64,000 nt of DNA from Takakia lepidozioides (taxonomy: Eukaryota > Plantae > Bryophyta). Below the pieces are notes generated by a model, which worked only from the letters and a program-made list of their open reading frames with translations, was not told where the DNA came from and did no database searches. This document shows positions 1-12,610 of this stretch, piece after piece. The stretch spans positions 10,168,001 through 10,232,000 of the forward strand of contig CM060732.1 of NCBI GenBank assembly GCA_030704615.1. The letters run 5' to 3'. The translations under genes were made by a program, and so were the position numbers. Every line of letters starts with the position of its first letter. The stretch's first letter is position 1.

Positions 1-2180
1 CTCCAAGCAAATACATCTCTGTATTTGATGAACAAACTCTTAGCTTCCTCAAAGAATTCTGGCTCCAAATCAGCCCCTACCTTCACCATCCTCGGTTCCT
101 CTTCAGTTCCTACATTCACTTCTCTCACCTGCTCATCAGCTGTGATTGTCCAACCAATCACCACTTCATCCTGTAAACTCACAGTGGCTGGTTCCTCTAG
201 GATTTCGATTTCTCCTTCTCTTTCTTCATAAAAATGTGGTGGATAACTGCTTATTTCACCTTCAAATGGTGTTGCTGTCACTACACCACAACAGATACCT
301 TTTAAACAACTTAGGCCTTCCAGCTGCATCTCTGCAACCTGCTCCCACTCTGGGTGTGCAGCGAACAGGGTAGCTTCCCACTCCTCATCAAGTCCTCCCC
401 TCCAGTCATACTCCCTGACCCCTCGAGGTCTTCTCGTAGCAGGTAATCTACTAGATTTCTTAGTGGTAATTTGTATCTTGTGCATCCCATTATGCACAGT
501 TAGTAACTGGGAATTCCAGTCATGGAATACCTTGGCCTGTTTCAGCCACGGACGTCCCAACAATAAGGAGTAAGCTTCCATGACTTCATCCATTTTCAAC
601 ACAGTTACTGTGATCATAAAGATCATCTTTTGAATCTGTATCTTAACTCCTCTTATCAATCCCAATGGCTGTACACTTCTTTGATCTGCCATTGTTACTG
701 TAAATGGGGCTGGTTTCATGTTACTTAGACCAAGCTTCTGCCTTAATTGGTCTGTCATGATATTCACTCCAGAGCCTCCATCTATCAGTACATCAGTTAG
801 TTCTGTGCTTCCAATTCTCAATTGGATTACTGGCATAGAATCATCAAAGTCCATGACTGTTTCTCGCCCTTCCGGCTTCACATTATAACTGGTCACCTTG
901 CTGTTCAGGTTTGTGTTTCCTGTCTCCTGGGCAATTCGATTGATTGCTTGATACAGCCTGTGTCTACAATAAGGTGCCACAACCAATAGCTGTCCAATGG
1001 TAATCTCCGCTTTGGTCTGGCATATTACTTCAGCCAAAGTCCCTTCATTACTCTGCATGTCTGCAGCTTCTTTCTTCCTTTCCTCTTCACTCACTTCTTC
1101 TTCTCCATCAAAATCTGAGGAATCTGCCATAGGAATATCAGTACTCTTCTGCATTTCCCTTATGGTATCTGCCACTTCTTTGTGCAGTTCTTTCTCATCT
1201 CTCCAAGCCTCATCATCCTCAGGCACATCACTGCCATCTTCATTATCATCATCTTCCTCAACTACTGGAGGTATTAGTTTGGCTTTGCTTCTTGTTACTA
1301 TCATTGTACTTACTTCTGGTACAACACATAGCCTAACCATATGAGCTGCCACCACTGGCCCCTCATTCACAGGAGCTCTCATCTCATGCTGGTCCTTGAG
1401 GACCTGTTGTAGTTGTGGTGGATCTTCCACCCAGTGGTGGCCCCAGAGCACTCCCTGCTACTGGCCCCACGATATTCACAGTATTCCCAGCTCCAATTGC
1501 ACTACTTCCCACACTCCCTGTCCCCCCAGAGCCAGATCCAGGCTGCCCGCCTGATCCCCCTGAGCCGACACCTTCGTTGGCCTGTGATCCAAGTGCTCCA
1601 CTTGATCTAGGTCCAACGGATTGGGTTGTCCTAGTTGTAGTCTCCACCTCAGCTGTTGGGTCTACTTCTTCATACTCTTCATCTTCCAATTTCTTCTCTC
1701 TATTTTCATCCTCCAAGTTATGCCCTTGGGTTTCTTCTTCACTCATGTAACTCAACTGTAATGGTGTTGGAGAGTCTGAACTCTCCGTTGGCTCTGCCAC
1801 ATCCTCTCCTCCTTCTTCACCTTCTGTTTCAGAAACTGGAGTTCCTGCTTTTGGTGTTCCATGCCAACTCTTATCAAAGATTTCTGTCAAATCTTTTATC
1901 CATGGATGTACCTCAGATCTTTCACCTTGTGATTGATCTTCTTCCCGTACCAATTCCCTTAATCTTTCTTGCAAAGAAAAAGAAGGAGTGGCATCCAACT
2001 CTAGTTCTTCCGGTATGGGTGATGTACTCTCTGATCTTAATGGTGTGAGAGGTCCAGATGATTCCCCTATGTCTATTCCTCTCTCCCAAAGATATGGATA
2101 ATTAGCTTTCAGATAACTTTCTCTTTTTGCTGAATATCTCTGGAGTCTAGCTTCTCTTTCATCACTCATGTCCCTTGTCT
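1..2180 (-). mobile_element. Ty3/Gypsy family A internal fragment (gag N-terminus to protease), runs off the left window edge
   Basis: Reverse-complement match to 26175-29530. Protease motif LIDGGSG lies at ~770-790 on the minus strand. Confidence 0.93.
1384..2169 (-). pseudogene. gag: Gag N-terminal region with the capsid/zinc-knuckle core deleted
   Basis: Near-identical to ORFs 26188 and 26615. It jumps from GPQGPA straight to the sequence equivalent to ~28147. Confidence 0.85.
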
Positions 2181-3710
2181 GCTCAACTGAGCATCCGGCT
2201 CAGCAACAACCTCCCGAATAGGAGAGCTGGCTGAGCCGGCCCCTGGCGCATCCAAGATGTTGACAAGAGGGGGGGTACTGGCCTCAGGGGGCAAACGAGC
2301 CCTCCGGTTGCGGCTGTCGACAGGGCTGGTTAGCCGTGAGACACCCTGGTGCGTCACACGTGCCGGCAGAGCAAACGGATTGTCCGCCCCTTTTTTTGGG
2401 GCAGGGGCTTCTTCTCTTTCCCCATAAGCTGGCACATGTCATGCAAACCCACAAGTTGGCCTCATTAGGAACATTCCAGATCAAAAACAAAAAAAACCAA
2501 GCATGTCGGGGGCTGAGAGCAGCAAGTGCTCGGGGTCTCGAGAGGGGGCAACAAAGAGAAAAGAAAAAGGTGGTGGGGGGGAGTGACTGAGCACCAGCAG
2601 CAGTTGCTGAGCACCACGGGCTCAGTCACTCCCCCCCCCCCCCCCATTTTTTATTTTTTTGGTTTCCCTCTCTCTCCCTCTCTCTCCCTCTGGACACTGG
2701 GCTTATGGAATTATTGTCCTGACTTCCATCCTTGAGGAAATTGAAAAAAATTGCAAAATTGGGTTGCAGGGAATTTTGGATGTTTTTAATCCAAAATAAT
2801 TTTCTTAATTTTTATTTATTTTTAGTGAAATATTTCTTCACTAAAAAACCTCTGAGCTGCAAAACTCCCGTCAGTTTCTACTTTTTCAATCCAACCTGGA
2901 TGAAAAAATGACTTCATTTGACAGGACCTAAATACAGGGCAAGACATGTTTAAAACAAACCGCCCCATGTTTTTCTAACCTAGATGAAACACGGACTACA
3001 TCCGTTGAGTGCAAGACAGGATGAAAGCACGATGTCTTTCATCTTCCACGAATGAGAAACGGACAACGTCCGTCGGGCGGACAGACTGGCGGATGTTTTT
3101 CATCCTGAGAAGGATGAATGACGGGCCAGACAGGGGAAAACCCAGCGCAACCCTAATGTCTTTCTTTTTGCGCTGCAAGAGCGCGCGCGATGGCGGGTTG
3201 TGAGGAGCGATGGTGCTCGTGCTGCAAATACCTTGAGCTGCCAATCCTTGAGTGTTTATGGCTCCTGTGAGCGACGCCTGGGCGGGCTCTTTAAGGCGGT
3301 GGCGGTAGGGAAGATTCCCTGTCTCAGTTGTCTGTTTTTTTTTTGTTGCACAAGGGAACCGCGGCAGTGATGGCGGAGGCACCACCTGCATGCCTATGAT
3401 GTTTCCCTAGGAGCCCTCCTCTGGATCTTTGATGAATGGCGGCACAAGGAAGTCTCTCTCCCTCCCTTTATAAACCCTATCTTTTGAGACCAAGCTCTTT
3501 TTTTCTTGTGCTTGGCAAGACCTTGCTTTGGTTAAGGTAGCAGTGTTGTGGTGTTGGCGGAGTCCTCCCTGCACGGTTAGGCTTGTGGAGAGATGGCGAC
3601 TCTCCCCCAAACAGTAAAAAAGGTTTTTTTTCTGTTGGTTTTGCTTCCTTGCTTGCTTTGGCATTCTCTGTGCTTAGATTGAAGTGTATTTGACCTCGAT
3701 AGCAAGTGTG

Positions 3711-4861
3711 GAAGCCTGCTACTCACCTCGTGCATCCTCACTAACTCACAATGCGTTGTGGTTGTTTTTGGGACGGGCACAGGTGAGGGCTTCCACTTAA
3801 TATTTTGATGTCTAGGTGCTGCTGGATGCCAAGTGGGATTGCAGAGCAGGGGAAGGAATCGCTTGCCAGGGATTCATCCTAAAATGTTAAAAAACTAAAC
3901 TACTCTATGGTTTTTCTTGATCCTGCCTCTTTCCTTCCTTGATTTTTGAAGAACAAGTGTAATACTTTCTACGATGGGCTAGTTTGGCCCAGCCAGTGGA
4001 AAACCTCTGTTATGTTGTGACAGCCGGGTTTATGATGGCTTGTGTGAGAGACACACATCTGTTTTCCAGGCCCTAGTTTGCTTTGCTTACCTTATGGTAG
4101 TTGGAAACAAATTGAGAGGCTGCAAGGAACTGTTTGCTGCAGCTACTCGGGTACCTCTGTTGGTAAAAGGCCCCTGTTATGTTCCAACCCAGATGGCTTT
4201 GTTAGCTAGATGCTTAGGCCAGGGTATGGCGAAGTTTCTGCCTGTGGCTATTCGGTTGACACTGAAATATGGCAGTAATATAAATTGTAACTGGTTTTTG
4301 AGGCAGCCAGGGTGGTCAAGTGGAAATACCCCATGGACATGGTGTAATGACATGGTCAAATGTGGAATGATGTGAAGGGTGTACTGACAGTATCATATAC
4401 TGTCACAGGATGTGTATGCAGTCCTTTATATTTACCTTGTTGTGTCATGAGCTTTGATTTTCAGCTGTAGCAAGAAATAAAGATATAGGGGTGTTCTGGA
4501 AAACTTACCAGACATATCCACATCCCCTCTGGGGGCAAGCTGTACTGCACACCAGTCTAAACAAATACTGGCAAGGCAAGGTATTTAAATTTGTGATATC
4601 CAAGTGTTCCTTTCTTTTTTAAGAAAACCCTCCATGACACCCATGGGGTTTTAGTAAGTATGCTTGGATTACAACTTGCAGACAGTAAATCTGTATGACT
4701 ATGTGACCTGCACCACATCAAGGCCAAAATATGGCCAAGTACCCGCCATCCCACCCAAACCTCTGTAAGTGTATCATGATCTTGACTAGTGGTCAATCAG
4801 CATCAGTGGCACACTCTCTGGATTATGAATAATACTGACATGAACACATTACTGTGCATGG
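3711..4861. repeat. Left arm of a ~1.15-kb inverted repeat (partner 9946-11083)
   Basis: Direct reverse-complement match. ORF 4040 mirrors 10355 and ORF 4557 mirrors 10011. Confidence 0.92.
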
Positions 4862-4922
4862 TCTCCGTAGCCTAGTGTGGCTTGGTTAATGAATTGGTCT
4901 CTCTTACCGTCGTAACACATAA

Positions 4923-6936
4923 TTATAAGGTATATGTAATATTGATGCTTGCAGGGGACCCACTTCCCCTCATGCCGAGAGCGCCCTCACGCATCGTTAC
5001 AAAATCCGGACAGGTGCACGCAGGGAAATTCCCCACGGTAACCTGATATTCTTTGCCATGAAGAACTGAGCCAGTAGACAACACTGTGTAAATCCGTCCA
5101 TACCCCGGGGCCGGGACTTCGGTGATACGAGTCACCTGAGCCTGCAAAATTCTAGCCGATTCCATCTTGCAGTCGTGATCTGTACCCGAAGTGACACGAC
5201 GCACTGTTTTTCCATCTCTATTTGTTGGGTAGGAGTCGGCACCAGGTGGAGGCATTGCCGGAGCATGTGGCACATCAGTGCCCAGAGTGCATGAGGGCAC
5301 CACCCGGGACCATGCAAGACGGAACCCTCCCTCCTCCAGCATGCTTATCTCGGCTGATGACAACGACGTCCCTAGTTTCTCAGGCCAAATTACGGGTGAA
5401 GGGGGCTTCATTATCACCGAAGGACAAACTGTTCCCTTGACACATCGTGCTATATCGTCTGGGCAGAACCAGAACTTCCAGTCCTTTGACTCCCCACTGT
5501 GATAAGGTCGGAACAACCCTGTGAATGTTGGAGATGGAGTCCCCCTGGAGCCTTTGCATATTTTTGATTTGCATTTCTTGAAAGAGGGGGTCCGAATTGC
5601 CATGCAAGCCACTCTAGATCCTGGTGGGGTGCGTTCTATATGCCACTCACTGTCAATGCAATCAGATTCATGCACCGAGGACATCATCTCCTCCAATGGG
5701 ATTCATGCTGCTGTGCTTGCATGATTTGCACCTGCTCCACTGGAAGAGGACCCACCTGGGAAGGGGCGGGCACATGACTTAGTATGCACCGGAGACACCT
5801 TTGGTACTGAGAAATTGAACCTGTCGGGGCGGTGGGAATCTCCATCCGACCCTGGAGGAGTGTTCAATTTCCTTTTGCATGATCCAAATGTTTCCTCACC
5901 TTCCAAATGGGGGACCCTGGATTGCAAAGGGGAGCCTTCAGTGCACCTGTTCAGAGCTCTCGCCATCTTTGAAGGGTCTCCGGACTTGCTTGCAGCCCTT
6001 AGCATCAACAATGTCGTATCAGGGCCCTTGCCTCCGCCCCATCCCATCAGAAAAATTCCGGTATCTGGTTTGTTGTGTAAGTGCCCGCACCATGTCATCT
6101 ACAGTGGCAACATACAAGTCACGTCCTGCTTTGGTAGACTGCTGCATCCAGGCGTTGTGAACAGTCTCTCCCAAATTACATGAAGGCATGTCGGCCAAGT
6201 CCTCCAAGGACATGTCCTGAAGGAGGCAATGCACGCAAATGTGAGGAACGAAAGGAAATGGCAGAGGTTCTGCAAGTGACAATCCAACAACCCCAAAGGA
6301 ATTGGAACATGCACGATGCAAAGTGAAATTTGTGTTTCTGGGATTGAAGAGGCTTACCGTCGTCATGAAAGCTCCCCACTGTCTGTACTTGAAGTGCTAG
6401 AAAACCAACCAGTCCTCCAACTCCTTCAGCTGGATCCCAGTAGCAGCACCAGAGGAGAACCACCAAGCCCGGATTGCTTGGTAAGTGCTCTCAGCTTCTC
6501 CCATTGAGGTGGCATTTTTGTACTTGAGGCAGAGCCTTCTATGCTCCAACTGAAGGTCAGGTCGAATGCAGCGCTTTGTATGACGTGCCAGAGATTGACT
6601 CCAATGGAAGAGGCATGTGCGCTCCCTATTTTCCATTGGCACTTTAGGATCCCCCCATCTAAAGACTCGCCGCACTGCATTGAAATTTGCTTGTGCACTA
6701 TCAGCCATGAACCCCGCAAAATTTGTGTTTTGCATTCCATTGCATTGCATGACTGAACACCGTGTCCTTTGTACGGCGTGGAAGGATGCACCCACATTTG
6801 ATGACGGGGAGGTTAAGTTTGCTATCATCGAGGCTTGGTGGAACACGTCAGGTGCAGTGGAGACAACCAATCTGGGAGCCTTGCACAGCTGGTTGGGGTG
6901 GTGGCATTTCCGATATCGACAGTTCGGACAATACAT
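4923..6936 (-). pseudogene. Mutator-like (MULE) transposase with C-terminal SWIM zinc finger, fragmented
   Basis: MULE-type FMADSAQANFNAVRRVF...CLFHWSQSL in ORF 6397-6936. SWIM signature CTCPDF...WVPCKH at ~4945-5025. Frameshifts and a probable intron at ~6220-6355. Confidence 0.75.
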
Positions 6937-7035
6937 GCGGGAGGTATGATGTTGTCATTTTCGTGCAATTGTCTTTCTATTATGGACCTTTCCATTGGTC
7001 CCTCACCATTGTTTGTGTCCTTGTAGGAGCGGTGC

Positions 7036-8456
7036 TTGGATTCCGACACGGACATGCCGAACACGAATATGGCAGAATCAGTCCACTCCTCCTGGCGAGC
7101 GTCTTCTGCCGCACATCTGGTGGACGTAGTGATGGCCACAACAGAGGACATCGACAGAGCAATCATGCAGCAAGCCACGTACTACAAGTTCCTGAGCGGG
7201 AAACAATGGGGCTTTGGGCCGGACAGGGAGGAATTGTTGGTACGAATAGCTTCGAGGTCGAAGAATCCACTGAAATGGGCGACATCATTGCGAGAGAAGA
7301 TCAAAGGGACGCCTCTGCACCGCAGAGGTGAACACCTAGAGGGGGACGTCTGTACTCGCTCTGTGAGGCGGAGGATTGAAGAGGAACCCGGGTGCAAAGA
7401 GGATTCCTTGAGATCCGACAGGAACATTCGGACAGCACCTCGAGGTCCCGTCATGTTGCCGCACAATGTGTCTTCCAGCAGTGGAAGCCCAAGAAATTCC
7501 AGATCGTCATCGCCTTCAAGCGGGGATTCCGTGCGAGAAATTCCCACCGCTCGCTTGCCCCAGATTCCGCCGCTATTATGCAGTATGGCCAAGCCATTGT
7601 GGAGACAACTGTGTCTGCGTCACAGTGGAGAATTGCTCGCACAAAGCCGTCGTTTTGAGGCAGGTGTTTTGCAATTCGAGTGGATACACGGCAACATTGT
7701 TTAGAGATGATAAGGAGGAATCCAGATGGGGCTGTCCCTGCTCCTACTTTTACAGGAAGATTTGTCCATGCAAAGTTTGCGGAGGCGACAACCACTCAGT
7801 TCTGGTTTTGCAGGCACGACATTATGACTTGCGTGTATGGAAAGCCCAAGTACGGCATACAAACAATGCCAGAGGCTCCCCCGGTGTGGCCGGTGAAACC
7901 AGGCTGCGATCTGAGTCAGGTTGAGGCCGACGCCCTTACTGCCGCAGGATTTTGGATGGTGTAGCACACTGATGTCCCCAGACAACCATTTCCGCTTCCA
8001 CAGCCTCCACCACCGACCCCTGTGAGAGCAAGAACAATGGGACGCGACAGCTCTAAGCATCCTACACACCATTGGGGGAAACCGAAGAGGCGGCGACCTC
8101 CCTCAAAAGTGAACGAGACAAGGTTGGGGAATGCACTTCGGATGAACTGTACAATCCAGAGCTCGACAGAAGTGCCCCCACCAGGCTTTGGGCGTGTGTA
8201 TCAGATGGCCACGACAGGCTCAGCTGTTCGCAATGAGGTGTACACCATCACCATTTCAGAATTACCCACCTGCAATTGCACCGACTTCTAGATCATGGCG
8301 AACAAGGGGGCATCATACTGCCCTTGCAAGCATCTGTACTACGTGTACCTAAAGAGACTCCGGTGTAATTCCACAACTCATCACTTCATACATGCACTAG
8401 GGTTGAGCTCCCAAGAGGTGCACACTCTTCTGAATATGGATCCAAGGGACCAGTGA
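7036..8456 (+). pseudogene. Paralog of the C-terminal half of the MULE/SWIM protein
   Basis: ESVHSSW..EDIDRAIMQQATYYKFL..GPD aligns with ETVHNAW..DDMVRALTQQTRYRNF..GPD. FWFC and VWP motifs are shared. SWIM CNCTDF*..CPCKHLYY carries an in-frame stop at 8289-8291. Confidence 0.75.
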
Positions 8457-9250
8457 GCTTGGCTTGCGGTCCCAACACAATGGTACGCCCATCCTTTTCG
8501 GATAGTAGAACTGTACTGCTGCAAATAGCTCTGACTCTGGCCACAGAAAGGTCCGACTTATGTCTTGCCTACCAGTAACTTGTTTTGCTCGAACTAAGAT
8601 AATACTATGTCATTCACTTGTGTTTCCACGTGCATGTATTTTTGTGTGTAAGAGGGTTCTTGTTTTTCTGCTCTCCCAAACTTTGCTTTCCTCATTCGAC
8701 CCCCGACAAGGAAATGCGGCGCCGCATTTCCAAGTAACGTCGTAGGTACTGGTAGATGCAGCCTTCGCCAACACCAAACCGCCCAGAAATTTTGCATGTG
8801 CGAACCCTAATGCGGCACCGCATTTCCCAGTTGAGTCGCAAACCTTTCCCATCGAATACCCGAAGATGACAGAATTGTGAAGTACTGCAGACTCTATTGG
8901 TGCAGACTCTATTGGTTCAATCGCGGCAAAAGGGTCAGGTTCATTCCAATGTTAAGGCATGTAAAACCGCGGAATACTCTATACAGGTACTGGATTTCTC
9001 GTTGCACGGTCACTCATTTCCATGAGCGGATCTAAAAAACCATGAGCGGACTTGTTACTGACGACATATCTTCGCCGCATTACAGGATCTGGAACTTCCA
9101 AAAACGGCAAGGTCAAATTAAAAAAACTATTATTTTAGTACTTGTTTAATCTGCCGCATTTCCAAATTTGAAGGAGTCCGCTCATGAAATTTGCGTGTCT
9201 TAGACTTCGGCTCACCGCTCATGCGGCTCATGCGACTCATGGCTCATGGC

Positions 9251-9733
9251 TCATGGTTTCTGCTCATGAAATAGTAAACCTCCAGAGGGGGTAAAATCCT
9301 GCTCAGCATTGGAGGACGATTTCTGGGTAGAAGGGGCCTGTTCGTCTTCAGGGTTAGCCAGACGTAGTGCAGCCTCAATCTTTTCTCCTTTAAGACCACA
9401 TTCCGAGAGTTCTTTGGTATCCTCTTCAAGGATAGTAGGCATACGTTCATGATAGTCAATCAGCCTGATCATGTACTTGCCATTTTTATTTGCAGATAGG
9501 GACAGCTTAACCCAGTCCTCTAGGGCCAAAGTCTCAAGCAACAAGATTGGATTGTCATCACCTGAATCAATAGCTGCTGAGTCCAATGCTTGCACTTTAG
9601 CATGGAAGTCCGTTGGCTTTGTTTGTGCCAACACAGCCTGAATAGCAGGGATTGGAGGGGGTAGCGGTGGCTGATATCCCATGGCCTGCAGCTCAGCAAT
9701 CCATTCCAGAGTCTGTTTGGTGGAACTCTGCAC
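9251..9733 (-). CDS. Hypothetical protein or exon, probably element-borne
   Basis: 160-aa ORF of protein-like composition next to the right inverted-repeat arm; no recognised motif. Confidence 0.35.
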   Translation of the reverse strand: MQSSTKQTLEWIAELQAMGYQPPLPPPIPAIQAVLAQTKPTDFHAKVQALDSAAIDSGDDNPILLLETLALEDWVKLSLSANKNGKYMIRLIDYHERMPTILEEDTKELSECGLKGEKIEAALRLANPEDEQAPSTQKSSSNAEQDFTPSGGLLFHEQKP

Positions 9734-9945
9734 ATAAACTGGAAATTTAGCCCGGTGACCAAGGGATAGTGTATGCAGAAACCACTAAGCATACTGGACA
9801 GTAAGAGAGGGAAGATACTTTTTGTCATGTCAAGACAAAGACAGGACCCCTAGGGTCGTTGTCATGAAAGAATAAATAGACATATCAGCCACTTAACAGT
9901 GGCACCATCCATCAATCATCGAGCTTAGAAAATCCAGAATTGCAT

Positions 9946-11083
9946 CCATGCACAGTAATGTGTTCATGTCAGTATTATTCATAATCCAGAGAGTATGCCA
10001 CTGATGCTGATTGACCACCAGTCAAGATCATGATACACTAACAGAGGTCTGGGTGGGATGGCGGGTACTTGGCCATATTTTGGCCTTGATGTGGTGCAGG
10101 TCACATAGTCATACAGATTTACTGTCTGCAAGCTGTAATCCAAGCATACTTACTAAAACCCCATGGGTGTCATGGAGGGTTTTCTTAGAAAAGAAAGGAA
10201 CACTTGGATATCACAGGTTTAAATACCTTGCCTTGCCAGTATTTGTTTTAGACTGGTGTGCAGTACAGCTTGCCCCCACAGGGGATGTGGATATGTCTGG
10301 TAAGTTTTCCAGAACACCCCTATACCTTTATTTCTTGCTAAAGCTCATGACACATCAAAGTAAATATAAAGGACTGCATACACATCCTGTGACAGTATAT
10401 GATACTGTCAGTACACCCTTCACATCATTCCACATTTGACCATTTTCATTACACCACGTCCAGGGGGTATTTCCACTTGACCACCCTGGCTGCCTCAAAA
10501 ACCAGTTACCATTTATATTACTGCCATATTTCAGTGTCAGCCGAATAGCCACAAGGAGAAACTTCACCATACCCTGGCCTAAGCATCTAGCTAACAAAGC
10601 CATCTGGGTTGGAACATAACAGGGGCCTTTTACCAACAGAGGTACCTGAGTAGCTGCAGCAAACAGTTCCTTGCAGCCTCTCAATTTGTTTCCAACTACC
10701 ATAAGGTAAGCAAAGCAAACTAGGGCCTGGAAAATAGATGTGTGTCTCTCACACAAGCCATCATAAACCCGGCTGTCACAACATAACAGAGGTTTTCCAC
10801 TAGCTGGGCCGAACTAGCCCATCGTAGAAAGTATTACACTTGTTCTTCAAAAATCAAGGAAGGAAAGAGGCAGGATCAAGAAAAACCATAGAGTAGTTTA
10901 GTTTTTCAACATTTTAGGATGAGTCCCTGGCAAACGATTCCTTCCCCTGCTCTGCAATCCACTTGGCATCCAGCAGCACCTAGACATCAGAATATTAAGT
11001 GGAAGCCCTCACCTGTGCCGTCCCAAAAACAACCACAACGCATTGTGAGTTAGTGAGGATGTACGAGGTGAGTAGTAGGCTTC
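9946..11083. repeat. Right arm of the inverted repeat, cut by an LTR at 11084
   Basis: Reverse complement of 3711-4861; the match stops exactly at the TG start of the LTR. Confidence 0.92.
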
Positions 11084-12040
11084 TGTTAGAGGGATGCTTG
11101 GGACTTAGATGCTTTTACGGGTTCTGTGGGGTACCCTTAATTTTTGCGTAGACTGAGACCAACATGAGCCTTAGGGGTGGCAGCAGCAGGCTTTAGGGGG
11201 GGGGGGGGGTGACACAGCCCGACACAGCCACACAGCCAGTCACAGCCTGCCACAGCTTCGCACAGCCAGTCACAGCCAACACAACCCGACACAGCCTGCC
11301 CACAGCTTCGCACAGCCAGTCACAGCCAACACAGCCCGACACAGCCCGCCACAGCTTCGCACAGCCTACAGAGCCAGTCACAGGCCGACACAGCCTTACA
11401 CAGCCAGTCACAGCTCGGCACAGCTTGACACAGTCTGTCACAGTACATAGGGAACAGTTATCATTGGCAGGGAACGACTGTGAGAGATGACGGTTAATTA
11501 GTTAGGTGGTTAGAACAGCTTGCGGGCAGATAAGAAGAGCGGCAACGAAAAGAAGGACACTACACGGGGGGGGGGGGGGGGGGGCGCTTCTGGGTCACGG
11601 AGGAGAGGAGATCAAGAACGAGAGCACGAAGAAGGAAGGGAGATGAACAGTAGATGCTTATTTCATGCAGAGCTGTAGTGATACTGTAGGGCGGATTAGA
11701 GTCACTTTGACATTGGCCTAGTACCTGATAAATCGTAATCTGATACTTATTCGATACAAGCACACTGTGTAGAGAGACATGACTGAAGCTGTGAAATGAA
11801 TGCATGATTAACTAGAACTAAAAAGATACTGAAGCAATCTGATGCTTCAGTATCAGATAAGGTAAATTGATAACATGAAGGCAAGAAGGAATACGAATGG
11901 GAAGCACAACCATGATTCACTAGCTGCAGGTCATGACTGATTGTACTGAGCGGGCTGAGTGGTTAGAGATATCCAACTCTTCTATCTTGGAGTTTCCACC
12001 TCGGATAGCGAAGGGACGGTGGAATAAAAGCCGCTCGACA
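11084..12040 (+). repeat. LTR of Gypsy family A (diverged subfamily)
   Basis: TGTTAGAGG...CTCGACA termini, homology to LTR 24598-25578, internal CACAGCC array at ~11210-11445. Confidence 0.9.
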
Positions 12041-12610
12041 TTTGGCGACCATACTAAGGATCTGGGTCATGAACAACCAAATGTGACAGGCATTTGGTGG
12101 GATCATGGTGGTTGGAGAATTAAAGAATTTGAAGTTAATCAAATTCCCTGTGAAATTGAGAAGGAAAGATTGTCCAAACGATTCTTTCAGAGGTTCTTGG
12201 AATTGCCAGACGGTTGTAAAGAAAACATTCTTAAAAGAGTGCATGATGCTGACCCTGAGTGGGGTCTGGAGAAAGGAGTGATAAAGATTTATCAGGTGGC
12301 CTGTAGAGGAAGATCACGTCGGTTACCAACACTGGTTTATGTGATAGCATTGCTATCCATTAAGCGAGTAGAGTTTGAAGGCTGGGAGGAAAGGAAGGTG
12401 AATGTTTATACTCATATGCATGAAGAGCTTGTACTGGTAAAGAATTGGATTCCAAAGGATATTCTGTGGATCAAACTCACACCAAGAACAGCTTTCCAGA
12501 CTTGTTTGCCATATGGTTATATGGTAACGGAGACTTCTAGTATAGCCAAGGGTGCATTGAAGCTTGAAAGAAACCCAGGCAAGAGATACTACAGAAGAGA
12601 GTTTTGGTTA
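11933..12610 (+). CDS. Extra 5' ORF (ORF0) of Gypsy family A, 3'-truncated
   Basis: Close match to 25471-26166 up to REFWL; the homology then ends. Confidence 0.7.
12043..12060 (+). promoter_or_regulatory. Primer-binding site TGGCGACCATAC (tRNA-Arg-like)
   Basis: Starts 2 nt after the LTR CA and begins with TGG. The tRNA identity is inferred. Confidence 0.75.

Noticed and set aside
11193-11490. ORFs over the CACAGCC arrays (also 24658-24942)
   Set aside because: These are translations of a low-complexity LTR repeat.
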